NCBI GenBank assembly: GCA_046338525.1
Contig: JBKDWF010000057.1
Location: 1 to 53,586 of the forward strand
Reading direction: 5' to 3'
Origin: Holosporales bacterium
GTDB taxonomy: Bacteria; Pseudomonadota; Alphaproteobacteria; JAJTHO01
DNA length: 53,586 nt
Notes under the pieces: model-generated
Told to the model about the DNA's origin: nothing
The model's database searches: none
The model's input: only the letters and a program-made list of their open reading frames with translations
Part shown: positions 39,030 to 48,905 of the stretch, piece by piece
How positions within the stretch are numbered: the stretch's first letter is position 1
How the letters are laid out: every line of letters begins with the position of its first letter
Program-made: the position numbers and the translations under genes

Positions 39030-40709
39030 ATGGTTAAATCCGCCACCTTTGGAAATGTTATTGCTGTTGATGGCGCAGGAATCCTTATCATTATTCGACC
39101 CCACCATGAAGCCGACTCCTCTCTTACTGTAAATAGCCACCCATCGGGGCGCAAAATCATCACAAGTGCGGAATCCACATCCAAAGAACCCGATCTACAA
39201 AATGTTCAAATTGGCTCTTTAGTCAAAATATCAACAAAAGATCAAGGTTTTGCTTTTGGCATTATCACAAGCCTTAACCTACGCAGTAACACGTCCGAAC
39301 CCTCACCCACCGATGCCCGCATTGCAGCCGTAACCCTGATCGGCGAAATAATAAAAAATCCTGCGATGAACAACAAGCCATCCATCTTTCAACGCGGACT
39401 ATCCAATTACCCGGCTCTATGGGCACCTGTTACGCTGGCTAACAATGAAGACCTTGGTCTTGTATATGCCCGCCCAGCGGAAGCCAGTATTCGCATCGGC
39501 ACTCTACAGCAGGACAGCTCTATTCCAGCCTATATCCTTGTTGACCGAATGCTGGCCACTCATTTTGCGGTATTGGGCACAACCGGCACCGGAAAATCCA
39601 GTACCATCGCTTTGTTGCTGCGCCAGATTCTTCACGCTTCACCGCAAGGCCGAGTCATCGTTTTTGATCCCCATAATGAATACAGCAGCGCGTTTGAAGA
39701 TATTGCTGATACCCTCAGCCCAGAAAATTTTTTCCTGCCCTGCTGGCTCCTCAATGGCAGCGAAGCCAAAGCCCTTTTTGTTGATGCAAACTCCCCCACT
39801 TATGACCAAGAGTACAGCATCTTGGCCGAGGCCATTGTGTTTGCCCGCACCCGATATAACAGTGGTACTGTTCCTCCTGAAACCATCACCGTGGATAGCC
39901 CCCTGCCCTATGCCACTAGCGATCTGCTCTGGCGGATTAATGAACAAATGGGGAATCTGGAAAAAACCGACGGCATTGCCCCCTATTTAAGGCTTTTGGA
40001 ACGCATCAATCGCTTCAAAAACGACCCAAGATTCAGCTTTTTGTTCCCTGGTCTAGTGGTCAACGACATCATGGCTGACATTTGCGCCCGCTTACTGCGC
40101 CTACCGGTTTTAGGCCGCCCAATAACCATTTTTGATATGTCTGGTGTACCAGCGGAGGTGGCCGGGGTAGTGGTCTCCGTGCTCTGCCGAATAATTTTTG
40201 ATTTCGCTGTATGGAGCATGGGCGTGGCCTCTGCTCCACTATTACTCATTTGCGAAGAGGCTCACCGCTACATGGGTGAGCACAGCGATCCAGCCTTTAT
40301 CCCCGCCCGAAACCTGTTGATCCAAATTGCCCAAGAAGGCCGAAAATACGGCCTATCACTAGGTATTATTAGCCAACGCCCAGCCTTACTCTCCTCCACC
40401 ATCTTAAGCCAAGTGAATACTCTTATCACCCTGCGGATGAGCAATGAAATAGATCAAGCTTTTGTCCGCAAAGCCATGCCTGAATCCGCTGCGGGTCTGC
40501 TCACCGCTCTACCTAGCTTACATCGCCAAGAGGCCATCATCTGTGGCGAAGGAGTGACCCTGCCCATGCGGGTGCATTTTGCCAATCTGCCCACGCACCA
40601 ACGCCCCCGCTCTCATGAACAGCCTTTTTCCGAACGCTGGGGGAAGGACGATTGGACAATCGAAAAAGTACAACAAGTAATTTGGCGCTGGCGATTGGGG
40701 GTAAAATAA
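39030..40709 (+). CDS. HerA-like ATPase (HAS barrel + DUF87)
   Basis: IGSLVKI, FQRGLSNYP, HFAVLGTTGTGKSS, DPHNEY, CEEAHRY, EGRKYG and SQRP. Confidence 0.88.
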   Translation: MVKSATFGNVIAVDGAGILIIIRPHHEADSSLTVNSHPSGRKIITSAESTSKEPDLQNVQIGSLVKISTKDQGFAFGIITSLNLRSNTSEPSPTDARIAAVTLIGEIIKNPAMNNKPSIFQRGLSNYPALWAPVTLANNEDLGLVYARPAEASIRIGTLQQDSSIPAYILVDRMLATHFAVLGTTGTGKSSTIALLLRQILHASPQGRVIVFDPHNEYSSAFEDIADTLSPENFFLPCWLLNGSEAKALFVDANSPTYDQEYSILAEAIVFARTRYNSGTVPPETITVDSPLPYATSDLLWRINEQMGNLEKTDGIAPYLRLLERINRFKNDPRFSFLFPGLVVNDIMADICARLLRLPVLGRPITIFDMSGVPAEVAGVVVSVLCRIIFDFAVWSMGVASAPLLLICEEAHRYMGEHSDPAFIPARNLLIQIAQEGRKYGLSLGIISQRPALLSSTILSQVNTLITLRMSNEIDQAFVRKAMPESAAGLLTALPSLHRQEAIICGEGVTLPMRVHFANLPTHQRPRSHEQPFSERWGKDDWTIEKVQQVIWRWRLGVK

Positions 40710-40771
40710 TAGATTCTTATCATTTCAACAGTTGACGACCCCGCACTAACGGTTGTTCTATATCTACCATT

Positions 40772-41506
40772 ATGCTCTCACCTAATCCTCATTATCGCCG
40801 CGTCCTCGTCAAGATTTCCGGTGAAGCCCTCATGGGCGACAGGGAATACGGCATTGATACTGTAATACTATCTCGCATCGCTGACGATATTATTGCGGCG
40901 GTTCAACAAGGTATTCAAATCTGCCTCGTCGTAGGAGGCGGTAATATTTTTCGCGGAATTTCTGGGGCTGCTCAAGGAATGGACAGAGCCAGTGCCGATT
41001 ACATGGGGATGTTGGCTACTGTCATGAACGCCATTGGCCTTCAAAGCACACTGGAAGCTAAAGGTATGTCCACCCGCGTGCAATCCGCCATTCCCATGAG
41101 CGCGGTGTGTGAGCCTTATATCCGCCGGCGCGCCATGCGCCACATGGAAAAAGACCGGGTGGTTATCTTTGCCGCTGGCACTGGAAACCCTTTTTTCACC
41201 ACCGATACCGCCGCCGCCCTTCGCGCCGTCGAAATGGGCTGCGATGCTTTACTCAAAGCAACCAAGGTTGACGGCGTATATAGTGCTGATCCCCGCCACG
41301 ATAAAACTGCCACCAGATATGACCGCCTTGATTACTTAGAAGTTCTTGCCAAAGATTTAAAAGTCATGGATGCTAGTGCCATTTCTTTAGCCAAAGATAA
41401 CGCCATTCCCATTTTAGTGTTTTCCCTTCTTGAAGCAGGCAATTTAGCACGTGTTCTGCGCCATGAAGGTGCCTTTACCCTTGTCGGCGACCATCAGAAG
41501 CCTTAA
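40772..41506 (+). CDS. pyrH: UMP kinase
   Basis: [26 protein letters not shown] and VMDASA. Confidence 0.97.
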   Translation: MLSPNPHYRRVLVKISGEALMGDREYGIDTVILSRIADDIIAAVQQGIQICLVVGGGNIFRGISGAAQGMDRASADYMGMLATVMNAIGLQSTLEAKGMSTRVQSAIPMSAVCEPYIRRRAMRHMEKDRVVIFAAGTGNPFFTTDTAAALRAVEMGCDALLKATKVDGVYSADPRHDKTATRYDRLDYLEVLAKDLKVMDASAISLAKDNAIPILVFSLLEAGNLARVLRHEGAFTLVGDHQKP

Positions 41507-41515
41507 AAAGGTTTC

Positions 41516-42073
41516 ATGACTACTTTCGATCTCAAAGACTCCAAACGCCGCATGCACGCTGCCGTTGAAGCGCTGCGCAATGAATTCAAAGGGCTAAGGA
41601 CAGGTCGCGCCTCGGCCGCCATGCTTGATCCTATTACGGTAGAAGTATACGGAAGCCGCATGCCCATCAACCAGCTTGCCGCCATCTCCACCCCCGAAGC
41701 CCGCCTCATCAGCGTCCAAGTCTGGGACAAAGAAAACACCAAAGCCGTGGAAAAAGCCATCCGCGATGCCGGCCTTGGTCTCAACCCACAAAGCGAAGGG
41801 ACGGTTATCCGCGTACCCGTTCCGGAATTATCCGCAGAACGCCGAGCCGAGCTAGCAAAAGTCGCTGGGAAATATGCTGAAGGCGCACGGGTTAGCGTCC
41901 GCAACGTCCGCCGCGATGGAATGGACACATTAAAGAAACTGCTTAAAGATAAAGAGCTGTCCGAAGACGATGAAAAACGTCAAGCTAAACATCTTCAAGA
42001 AGAAACAGATCATCACATCAAAGAGATAGACACTATTCTAGCAACCAAGGAAAAAGATATCAGCGCGGTTTAG
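41516..42073 (+). CDS. frr: Ribosome recycling factor
   Basis: LRTGRAS, LGLNP and RNVRRD. Confidence 0.97.
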   Translation: MTTFDLKDSKRRMHAAVEALRNEFKGLRTGRASAAMLDPITVEVYGSRMPINQLAAISTPEARLISVQVWDKENTKAVEKAIRDAGLGLNPQSEGTVIRVPVPELSAERRAELAKVAGKYAEGARVSVRNVRRDGMDTLKKLLKDKELSEDDEKRQAKHLQEETDHHIKEIDTILATKEKDISAV

Positions 42074-42378
42074 GCAAGACCCTGCTGCACAAAGTTTTGA
42101 TACGCTTCATTAACACCCTCAACGGGCACGAAGGCAATACATGGGACGGTGTAGGGATGGCTGGCCTCCACTGCTTGGCGTACCGCATCTTGCTGCGTTA
42201 CCAGAGTCTTCGCCAACAGTAATACTTCAACCTCTTCGGCAATACGGCCTTCCCACGAGTACACCGAGGTCATTGCCGGCAAAATATTTGCACATACAAT
42301 CAATCTTTTGCCCAGCAACTCTCTAGAGAGCTTTTGCGCTACTTCCATGGACGGACAGGGGCAATACAACATCATCAT
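42070..42378 (-). CDS. cutA: Divalent-cation tolerance protein CutA
   Basis: [21 protein letters not shown] and HPYTVPCI. Confidence 0.92.
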   Translation of the reverse strand: MMMLYCPCPSMEVAQKLSRELLGKRLIVCANILPAMTSVYSWEGRIAEEVEVLLLAKTLVTQQDAVRQAVEASHPYTVPCIAFVPVEGVNEAYQNFVQQGLA

Positions 42379-42950
42379 AAGCGGCCAAGAACCTCATCAA
42401 CATGGATGCGCGCCGCCATCATTGCCGGCCACAGACTCGCCAATACCACCCCGACAAATACAATACCACATACCATAATTTCCCACATCTGAGGCATGGT
42501 CAACAATAACACCTCTCCGGCAAAGGCATCCTGCAACAAAAACAACAACACGTACCCCACAGCAACCCCGAAAAAAACCACCCACATAGCAACTAATATT
42601 CCTTGGAAAATAACAAGCCGTAGCAACGACCACCGCGTAAAACCAATAACCCGCAACCATGCTAATTCCGGACGATTCTCTCGTACCGCAGACATAAAAA
42701 AACACATAAACCCAAAGAAAGAAAACAATCCTAGCACCACAAAAACAACTATCACTGGCAGACTCAAAACCTCTACTGCCTGTACAAAAAACCCTACATT
42801 TTCTCCCAACACTCCCACTAAAGCCTCCGGCGGTATTTGCTTTAACCCTTTCCACAGCACCAGCACTGTGGCCAGAATTGCAGCAGCAAAAGCACTATCA
42901 ACCACTACAGCACAAAACCGCCTTTTCAGTAAAATCAAAGCCATAATCAT
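42375..42950 (-). CDS. Short FtsX/MacB-like permease
   Basis: Four hydrophobic segments, VRENRPELAWLRVIGF and ASLWPAMMAARI; no large periplasmic domain. Confidence 0.7.
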   Translation of the reverse strand: MIMALILLKRRFCAVVVDSAFAAAILATVLVLWKGLKQIPPEALVGVLGENVGFFVQAVEVLSLPVIVVFVVLGLFSFFGFMCFFMSAVRENRPELAWLRVIGFTRWSLLRLVIFQGILVAMWVVFFGVAVGYVLLFLLQDAFAGEVLLLTMPQMWEIMVCGIVFVGVVLASLWPAMMAARIHVDEVLGRL

Positions 42951-43588
42951 AGCACATCCCCTTCAATTGTAAGGGTTTGCTCGAAGCGTCCTTCCAGACG
43001 ATCATCATTACTTATTACCACCAAGATTGTCCCAGATTTTTGCGCTATAGTTTTTACCGCATCCATAAAATCATACGCATGATAGGGATACATGTCGGCA
43101 GTAGGCTCCTGTACAAACAAAACTTTTGGACTATTTATCAATCCCCTTGCAACACCTACCCGCCGTTCTTGAGCATAATCCAAGGCACCAGCCTTAGTAT
43201 TTGCCAAGTGACTCACGTTAAGCGGTGCGAGTACCCTATGCATCGCCTCCAGCGTTAGCTTTTTCCCAGCCGCCCTCGCCGCTAAGAGCATATTGTGTTC
43301 TACGGTAAGACTAGCAATCAACGCCCGCCGCTGTGCCACCACCCCCATATGCAGTGCCCGGAATTTATCCCGATCAGCGTTGCCCAGCTTATAAACATCC
43401 GTTCCGCACAGATTAACCTTACCTTCCATAACATGGCCAAGCCCCACCAATGTCAACAAGAGGCTGAAAGACGCCTCACCATATGCACCCCTCACCAAGC
43501 AGGTCTGGCCTTCCGTCAAACGAAAATATGGCACCGAAAGCATGGTACCATTCAAGCAACTAATCTGCACTGTCTGCACAATCAACAT
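42947..43588 (-). CDS. LolD/MacB-like ABC ATPase homologue with degenerate catalytic motifs
   Basis: The fold pattern is kept (RDKFRALHMGVVAQ, LTVEHNM, RRVGVARGLINSP) but Walker A, signature, Walker B and H-switch are all substituted. Confidence 0.75.
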   Translation of the reverse strand: MLIVQTVQISCLNGTMLSVPYFRLTEGQTCLVRGAYGEASFSLLLTLVGLGHVMEGKVNLCGTDVYKLGNADRDKFRALHMGVVAQRRALIASLTVEHNMLLAARAAGKKLTLEAMHRVLAPLNVSHLANTKAGALDYAQERRVGVARGLINSPKVLFVQEPTADMYPYHAYDFMDAVKTIAQKSGTILVVISNDDRLEGRFEQTLTIEGDVL

Positions 43589-43688
43589 CGTTCCACCCTA
43601 TAGGCCTTATTTTGTATAAGGGGATGGTAAAAAAAGAATGAGAACACAACGAAAGATTGCAAACTGTGGTAAAAAAGCTGCGTTCATA

Positions 43689-43857
43689 CCGCTTTGCGTT
43701 CAATATGTAGAAAAAATTTACGCAAAGCGGCAAGCTCGCGCGGCGTTTGAGCGAAGAATTTTGCAATCACTTGATTGCAAAATGGTATCAGTATGTACTC
43801 CTTGCACATGAAGAATGTGCAAGGGCTTCGCTCAAGTGCCGCGCGGGCTGTACCGCT
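43689..43857 (+). other. Highly structured intergenic element (candidate ncRNA or palindromic repeat)
   Basis: A 24-bp stem (43733-56 / 43826-49) encloses 11-bp and 10-bp perfect hairpins, with a further 11-bp inverted repeat at 43689-99 / 43720-30. Confidence 0.6.
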
Positions 43858-43905
43858 CGCAAGATTGAGAGGGGAAGTTTTGATGGGCGAGCGGTATACC
43901 CAATG

Positions 43906-44979
43906 CTATTTTTTTTCCAAGGTATCGTGGCCGCCCAAGCGCCGGGTAAGCATTTTAGCGGTAAAATCCACCATAGGAATGACCTGAGCATAATTGAGCC
44001 GCGCCGAACCAATCACCCCAATAGCACCGACAATTTTATCAGCGGTATTACGAAACGGGGCAACGATAGCGGAACACCCCGCAATGCCGAACAAGTCATT
44101 ATCAGCACCAATGAAAATCTGCACCCCTTGAGCCGCTTGCGTTGCTTTCAGCAACTGCACCAATGTCTGCCTCGTTTCCAGAGCAGAAAATAACTGGCGC
44201 ACTTTTTCCGTATCGCCAGCAAACGCGGCATCCCCCAACAAATGGGCTTGCCCCCGAACAATAAGCGATTGCCGCGGCGCATCCCCACCCCAAACAGCCA
44301 AACCTGTCTGAAGCAACCGACCCGTCAGAACATCAAGATTATCCCGGCATTCTTGGACTTCCTGCGCCAATAACTGCTCCACTTGATCCAATGTCTTGCC
44401 TGCGAGACGATCGCTAAGAATCAGCCCTGCCTCTCGCAATTGCGCCGATGTTGTACCTGGTAGTGTCTCAATAATACGGTTTTCCACCACCCCATTTTCT
44501 AAAACTAACACAACCAATGCCTTATCGCCAGACAAACCCACAAATTCAACTTGACGAATCGGCTCATCCTCTTTGGGAGCTAAAACAAAACCAGCGCAAT
44601 GAGCAAGTCCGGACAAGACCCCGCCTACTTCAGCCAGCGCTTGCTCATAACTTTTACCGGCCAAACGGCATGTATCATCAATAGCAGCCGCCGCGTCCGG
44701 GGCAACCTGACCGTATTCGAGCAAGCCATGGACAAAATACCGCAGACCCGCTTCCGTCGGTAATCGACCCGCCGATGTATGGGGTGCATAAAGCAATCCG
44801 CGCCCCTCCAACTCCATAAAAACATTGCGGATTGTGGCTGAAGAAAGCGTTAAACCCATGCGCTGGGCTAGGGTCTTAGACCCGACGGGTTCTCCCGTGT
44901 CGAGATAAGCATCAACAACGTGAGCGAGAATCTCCCCAGAGCGGGCACTTATACCTACTTGGCTTCGATGGCTTGCCAT
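43906..44979 (-). CDS. hrcA: Heat-inducible transcription repressor
   Basis: GEPVGSK, SSATIRN, PHTSAGRLPT and GVIGSARLNY. Confidence 0.95.
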   Translation of the reverse strand: MASHRSQVGISARSGEILAHVVDAYLDTGEPVGSKTLAQRMGLTLSSATIRNVFMELEGRGLLYAPHTSAGRLPTEAGLRYFVHGLLEYGQVAPDAAAAIDDTCRLAGKSYEQALAEVGGVLSGLAHCAGFVLAPKEDEPIRQVEFVGLSGDKALVVLVLENGVVENRIIETLPGTTSAQLREAGLILSDRLAGKTLDQVEQLLAQEVQECRDNLDVLTGRLLQTGLAVWGGDAPRQSLIVRGQAHLLGDAAFAGDTEKVRQLFSALETRQTLVQLLKATQAAQGVQIFIGADNDLFGIAGCSAIVAPFRNTADKIVGAIGVIGSARLNYAQVIPMVDFTAKMLTRRLGGHDTLEKK

Positions 44980-45896
44980 ACGCGTTGCCTTAAATTATTA
45001 CCCGATAACAGTTCCATTTCCGGCAATACTGTCGGGGATGTAACATTAATTTCAGTGAGATAATCACCTATCACATCAATACCCACAAAGAAAAGACCCC
45101 GTTCCCGTAAAAAAGGAGCAAGAGTTCTACAAATTTCATGATCCCGAAGCGTAAGCTCTCGGTGTTCCGCTGTGCCTCCAGCATGCAGGTTAGCACGACT
45201 TTCATCATCTTTGGGAATTCGGGCAATACAGCCGAGCGGCTCCCCATCTAGCAGCAAAATCCGTTTGTCTCCTTGGCGAACAGCAGGTAAATATTGCTGA
45301 ATAATCAGTGGCTCAGCATAACGATCCTGAAGAATCTCCACCATACTGTTAAAATTGGTATCTCCAGCCTTCAATACAAACACCCCTGCGCCGCCGTGGT
45401 GATAGAGAGGCTTTAACACCGCAGTACCTTGCTGCTCCCAAAAAGCACGCAGAGCCATAGAATCCCGACTAATAAGCGTTTTGGGCAACAAATCAGGAAA
45501 CCGCAACGGCAGAATTTTCTCCGGACAATCCCGAATAGAACGTGGATCGTTAATACATAAAATACGCGATGGTAAAAACTCCAACATATACGCCGGGGTC
45601 AAGTACCGCATATCATAGGGCGGATCGTGGCGAATCAATACAACGTCAATATCTTCAAAGCGACTCTCAAAGGCAGCACCAAGAACAGCATGATGCGGCG
45701 GCCTAGCGTCATACAATGTTACAGCAGTAAGCCAAGCCGAAACACCTTTATTATCAAGGCGTATATCGTCAGGGCGAACGTAAAATACACGGTGACCACG
45801 GTGCTGAGCCTCCCGCATCAAAGCAAAAGTGGTATCCGTTTCAGGGTTAATCCCGGCCATAGGATCCATAACGGCGACAACGCCTAAGGGCTTCAT
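44955..45896 (-). CDS. gshB: Glutathione synthase
   Basis: VMDP, RHDPPYD, PEK, GDKRI, RANLHAGG and EINVTSPT; ATG 45896. Confidence 0.94.
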   Translation of the reverse strand: MKPLGVVAVMDPMAGINPETDTTFALMREAQHRGHRVFYVRPDDIRLDNKGVSAWLTAVTLYDARPPHHAVLGAAFESRFEDIDVVLIRHDPPYDMRYLTPAYMLEFLPSRILCINDPRSIRDCPEKILPLRFPDLLPKTLISRDSMALRAFWEQQGTAVLKPLYHHGGAGVFVLKAGDTNFNSMVEILQDRYAEPLIIQQYLPAVRQGDKRILLLDGEPLGCIARIPKDDESRANLHAGGTAEHRELTLRDHEICRTLAPFLRERGLFFVGIDVIGDYLTEINVTSPTVLPEMELLSGNNLRQRVWQAIEAK

Positions 45897-45897
45897 T

Positions 45898-46266
45898 CTA
45901 AGTGACATCAATATTGCATATAAGGTGCACAGTGCCATCCGGCAAGACTACTGCTGCATCAAAGCGACACAGGGCATCGGGGGTGCCTACCTCGGCGAGG
46001 TAGTGGGCGGCTGCAGCTAATAGACGTTTTTGCTGAGGCGGGGTAATAGCCTCCAGCCCTTCGGGTAGAGTTTTACGCCGCTTAACCTCTATAAAAACAA
46101 TATTATCTTGGCATTTTAAAATAAGGTCAAGTTCACCATCTTTGGTTTTATAACGGGTCTTGAGCAGGATCGCCCCCAGAGCAGCATAATGCCGAGCCAC
46201 CAAATCTTCTGCCGCCACACCAAGGGCATATGAGGTTGACTTTTTTGAATATATATGATTTTCCAT
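45898..46266 (-). CDS. YraN/UPF0102-family protein
   Basis: GVAAED, GELDLI, FIEVKRR and RFDA; ATG 46266. Confidence 0.9.
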   Translation of the reverse strand: MENHIYSKKSTSYALGVAAEDLVARHYAALGAILLKTRYKTKDGELDLILKCQDNIVFIEVKRRKTLPEGLEAITPPQQKRLLAAAAHYLAEVGTPDALCRFDAAVVLPDGTVHLICNIDVT

Positions 46267-46495
46267 CAAAAAATGCTTTTTGGAATCAAGGAGGGACACT
46301 GATAGAGTAAGCACCGACACGATAAAGGGGTTAGAGCCATTAATGAATACCCCCTTCAGTAAGGTGATAAGTGTCACTTTATGCCAAAGACGGCACGAGG
46401 GTCAAGATCATGTACAGTTAATTTTCAGCCGATCTTAAAAACTTGCAACCTTCACCGCAGGCGATTAGAAAACTCTCCTGTCACAAGGCAGTTAA

Positions 46496-46571
46496 GGGCA
46501 CATAGCTCAGGGGTTAGAGCGCTACGTTGACATCGTAGAGGTCCGAGGTTCGAGACCTCGTGTGCCCACCA
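46496..46571 (+). tRNA. tRNA-Val (GAC)
   Basis: 76-nt cloverleaf GGGCACA..TTGACAT..TTCGAGA..TGTGCCCACCA. Confidence 0.95.
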
Positions 46572-46675
46572 GCCTTCGCACTACGTGCTTCGGCTCGGCG
46601 AGCCTTGAGGCGAGCCGAACGAGCCTGTTAGGAGAAGGCTGCCGCGCCGAAGTTGCACCGCAACGAAGGCGGGCT
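46572..46675 (+). repeat. GC-rich multi-hairpin element directly after tRNA-Val
   Basis: TTCGGCTCG/CGAGCCGAA (46589-97 / 46611-19), CAGCCTTC/GAAGGCTG and GTTGC/GCAAC stems. Confidence 0.5.
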
Positions 46676-46874
46676 ACACAGAGAGGAGTGTTAGTCACTG
46701 ATGATTAGCTCCACCATGTATGGGTGAAAATTCCCCCTCGAAGACCTGCTAAAATTTATCCAACAAAAACGATTGTAACCCTTGAACATGCAGAATGTGT
46801 CATGTTTTTCTCAAGCACAATAATCCGATTGGTTTTAGTTTGGCAGATGCTAGAGTGAACCAATCTTTATAAAG

Positions 46875-48812
46875 GTGTTCACCGTGTCCGTCCTCGTTTG
46901 TCTCCCTGAGACCTTAATTCCGACTCTGACAGTAGGCTTGAACGACCCACAGCGCCAAGCAGTAGAGCATACCTCTGGTGCCATTTTGGTGCTCGCCGGA
47001 GCGGGCACAGGCAAAACTAGGGTGCTGACTCATCGCTTGGCAGCATTACTTAAGCAGCGAGCAGCTCAACCGTGGCAGATGCTCGCCGTCACCTTCACCA
47101 ATAAAGCCGCGCGCGAGATGAAAGAGCGGGTCACCCACCTAGTCGGCGGGGCGGCGGAAAGTATCTGGCTTGGGACATTTCACAGCCTGTGCGCTAAACT
47201 TCTACGCCGACATGCAGAAATTCTAGGCTTCACGCCACAGTTTACCATCCTCGATACCGACGATAGTCAAAAATTAATGAAGCAAATTCTTGACGCTGAG
47301 GGGATCGATAGCAAACAAACCCCGCCACGCTTGGTTCTTTCGATTATTGATCGCTGGAAAGATCGCGGTCTGACTCCCGACGATGTCCCCACCAGTGAGC
47401 GCCGCAGCCAGTTAAATGGCAAAGCTATCGGCCTATACCAGCATTACCAAGAACGCCTGAGAACTATCAATGCTATGGATTTTGGCGATTTACTGCTCAA
47501 CTGTTTGCAGATGTTCAAAACCTCCCCCGACACCCTCCGCAAATATCAAGATCAGTTTCATTATATTCTAGTGGACGAGTACCAAGACACCAACACGGCG
47601 CAATATCTTTGGCTTCGTTTGTTAGCCCAAGGGCATGGAAATCTATGCTGTGTGGGTGACGACGATCAGTCTATTTATTCTTGGCGCGGCGCTCAGATTG
47701 AAAATATCTTGAAGTTTGAGCGGGATTTTCCCGGTGCGCAGGTAGTACGCCTAGAGCAGAATTATCGTTCAACGCATCATATTTTGGGAGCCGCCTCTGG
47801 CTTGATTGCCAACAATAGTGGCCGTTTGGGCAAAACCCTGTGGACGGAAGAAACCACCGGAGAGAAAGTTCACATCATCTCAGCCCTCGACGGCAGCGAG
47901 GAAGCCCGGCGGGTTGGTGCGGAAATTGAACGCCTACGCCGCTCTGGTGTTGCCTTGGCCAACATGGCAATTCTCGTCCGAGCCGGTTACCAAACTAGAG
48001 AATTTGAGGAACGCCTCCTTCAAATCGCCGTACCTTACCGCGTCTTGGCCGGGCAACGCTTTTACGACCGAGCCGAGATTAAAGATGCAATTGCATACCT
48101 AAGGTTGATTTTTCAACCCCGTGATGACCTTGCCTTTGAACGTATCATTAATACACCGCGCCGGGGTATTTCCTTGACTACCATCCAACATTTGCAAAAT
48201 ACGGCACGCAATCAAGGGTGCAGTCTGCTGTCCGCCGTAGCCAGCACCCCCGGCCTGCGCCCGGGGATCAGCCGCGCCCTAGCAGGGTTTTCGGCATCTT
48301 TAACCCGCTGGCGAGAAATGGCCACTGCCTTGCCCCCGGCGGATGTGCTGAAAAATGTTTTGGAGGAGTCGGGCTATACCGCCATGCTCCAAGCTGAAAA
48401 CACCCCGGATGCCAAGAGCCGCCTCGATAACCTTAAAGAACTAGCACGAGCCATTGATGAATTTCAAAGCTTGGCGGCGTTTTTAGAGCATATAAGCCTC
48501 GTCACCGATGCCGCTCGGGCGGACAACCCAGAAGCTGTTACCATTATGACCCTTCATGCTGCAAAAGGGCTTGAATTCCCTGTTGTCTTTCTGCCAGGCT
48601 GGGAGGAAGGCGTGTTCCCAAGTCAACGCTCCGTCGATGATGGTAACTTGGAAGAAGAACGCCGCTTAGCTTACGTTGGTCTGACCCGGGCGCGCGAACA
48701 CGCTTATATCTCTCACGCCCACAGCCGTCGTATCTATGGCACTTGGCAAGGAATGGCTCCCTCCCGTTTTATTGGCGAATTAGCTAGGGAACATCTTGAA
48801 GATATTACTTGA
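46875..48812 (+). CDS. uvrD: UvrD/PcrA superfamily 1 DNA helicase
   Basis: AGAGTGKT, TFTNKAA, VDEYQD, GDDDQSIY, QNYRS, TLHAAKGLEF and EERRLAYVGLTRA; the start is uncertain. Confidence 0.93.
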   Translation: MFTVSVLVCLPETLIPTLTVGLNDPQRQAVEHTSGAILVLAGAGTGKTRVLTHRLAALLKQRAAQPWQMLAVTFTNKAAREMKERVTHLVGGAAESIWLGTFHSLCAKLLRRHAEILGFTPQFTILDTDDSQKLMKQILDAEGIDSKQTPPRLVLSIIDRWKDRGLTPDDVPTSERRSQLNGKAIGLYQHYQERLRTINAMDFGDLLLNCLQMFKTSPDTLRKYQDQFHYILVDEYQDTNTAQYLWLRLLAQGHGNLCCVGDDDQSIYSWRGAQIENILKFERDFPGAQVVRLEQNYRSTHHILGAASGLIANNSGRLGKTLWTEETTGEKVHIISALDGSEEARRVGAEIERLRRSGVALANMAILVRAGYQTREFEERLLQIAVPYRVLAGQRFYDRAEIKDAIAYLRLIFQPRDDLAFERIINTPRRGISLTTIQHLQNTARNQGCSLLSAVASTPGLRPGISRALAGFSASLTRWREMATALPPADVLKNVLEESGYTAMLQAENTPDAKSRLDNLKELARAIDEFQSLAAFLEHISLVTDAARADNPEAVTIMTLHAAKGLEFPVVFLPGWEEGVFPSQRSVDDGNLEEERRLAYVGLTRAREHAYISHAHSRRIYGTWQGMAPSRFIGELAREHLEDIT

Positions 48813-48824
48813 GGGTCGTTTTTT

Positions 48825-48840
48825 TTAAGAATTTATTAAC
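48825..48840 (+). promoter_or_regulatory. CtrA consensus box TTAA-N7-TTAAC
   Basis: TTAA-GAATTTA-TTAAC, 65 bp upstream of a small ORF. Confidence 0.5.
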
Positions 48841-48905
48841 CACCTTAAGATAACTTGGGGTTGATAGAAGAAACGTGCCGTCATTATTCAACTAAAGGTG
48901 GTTTT

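Noticed and set aside
39030-40709. Sir2-HerA or NurA-HerA defence/repair system
   Set aside because: The neighbours are bolA and pyrH; no partner gene is present.
43747-44193. 148-aa + strand ORF, and similar long antisense ORFs such as 7795-8466, 14212-14826, 36747-37373 and 52310-52846
   Set aside because: Shadow frames overlapping well-supported genes, with no recognisable motifs.
43589-46495. CIRCE operator near hrcA
   Set aside because: No TTAGCACTC-N9-GAGTGCTAA found by eye; the nearby TTGCA palindromes do not fit.
18356-46571. Genomic island integrated at either tRNA
   Set aside because: No integrase and no duplicated tRNA 3' end seen; the flanking genes are housekeeping.
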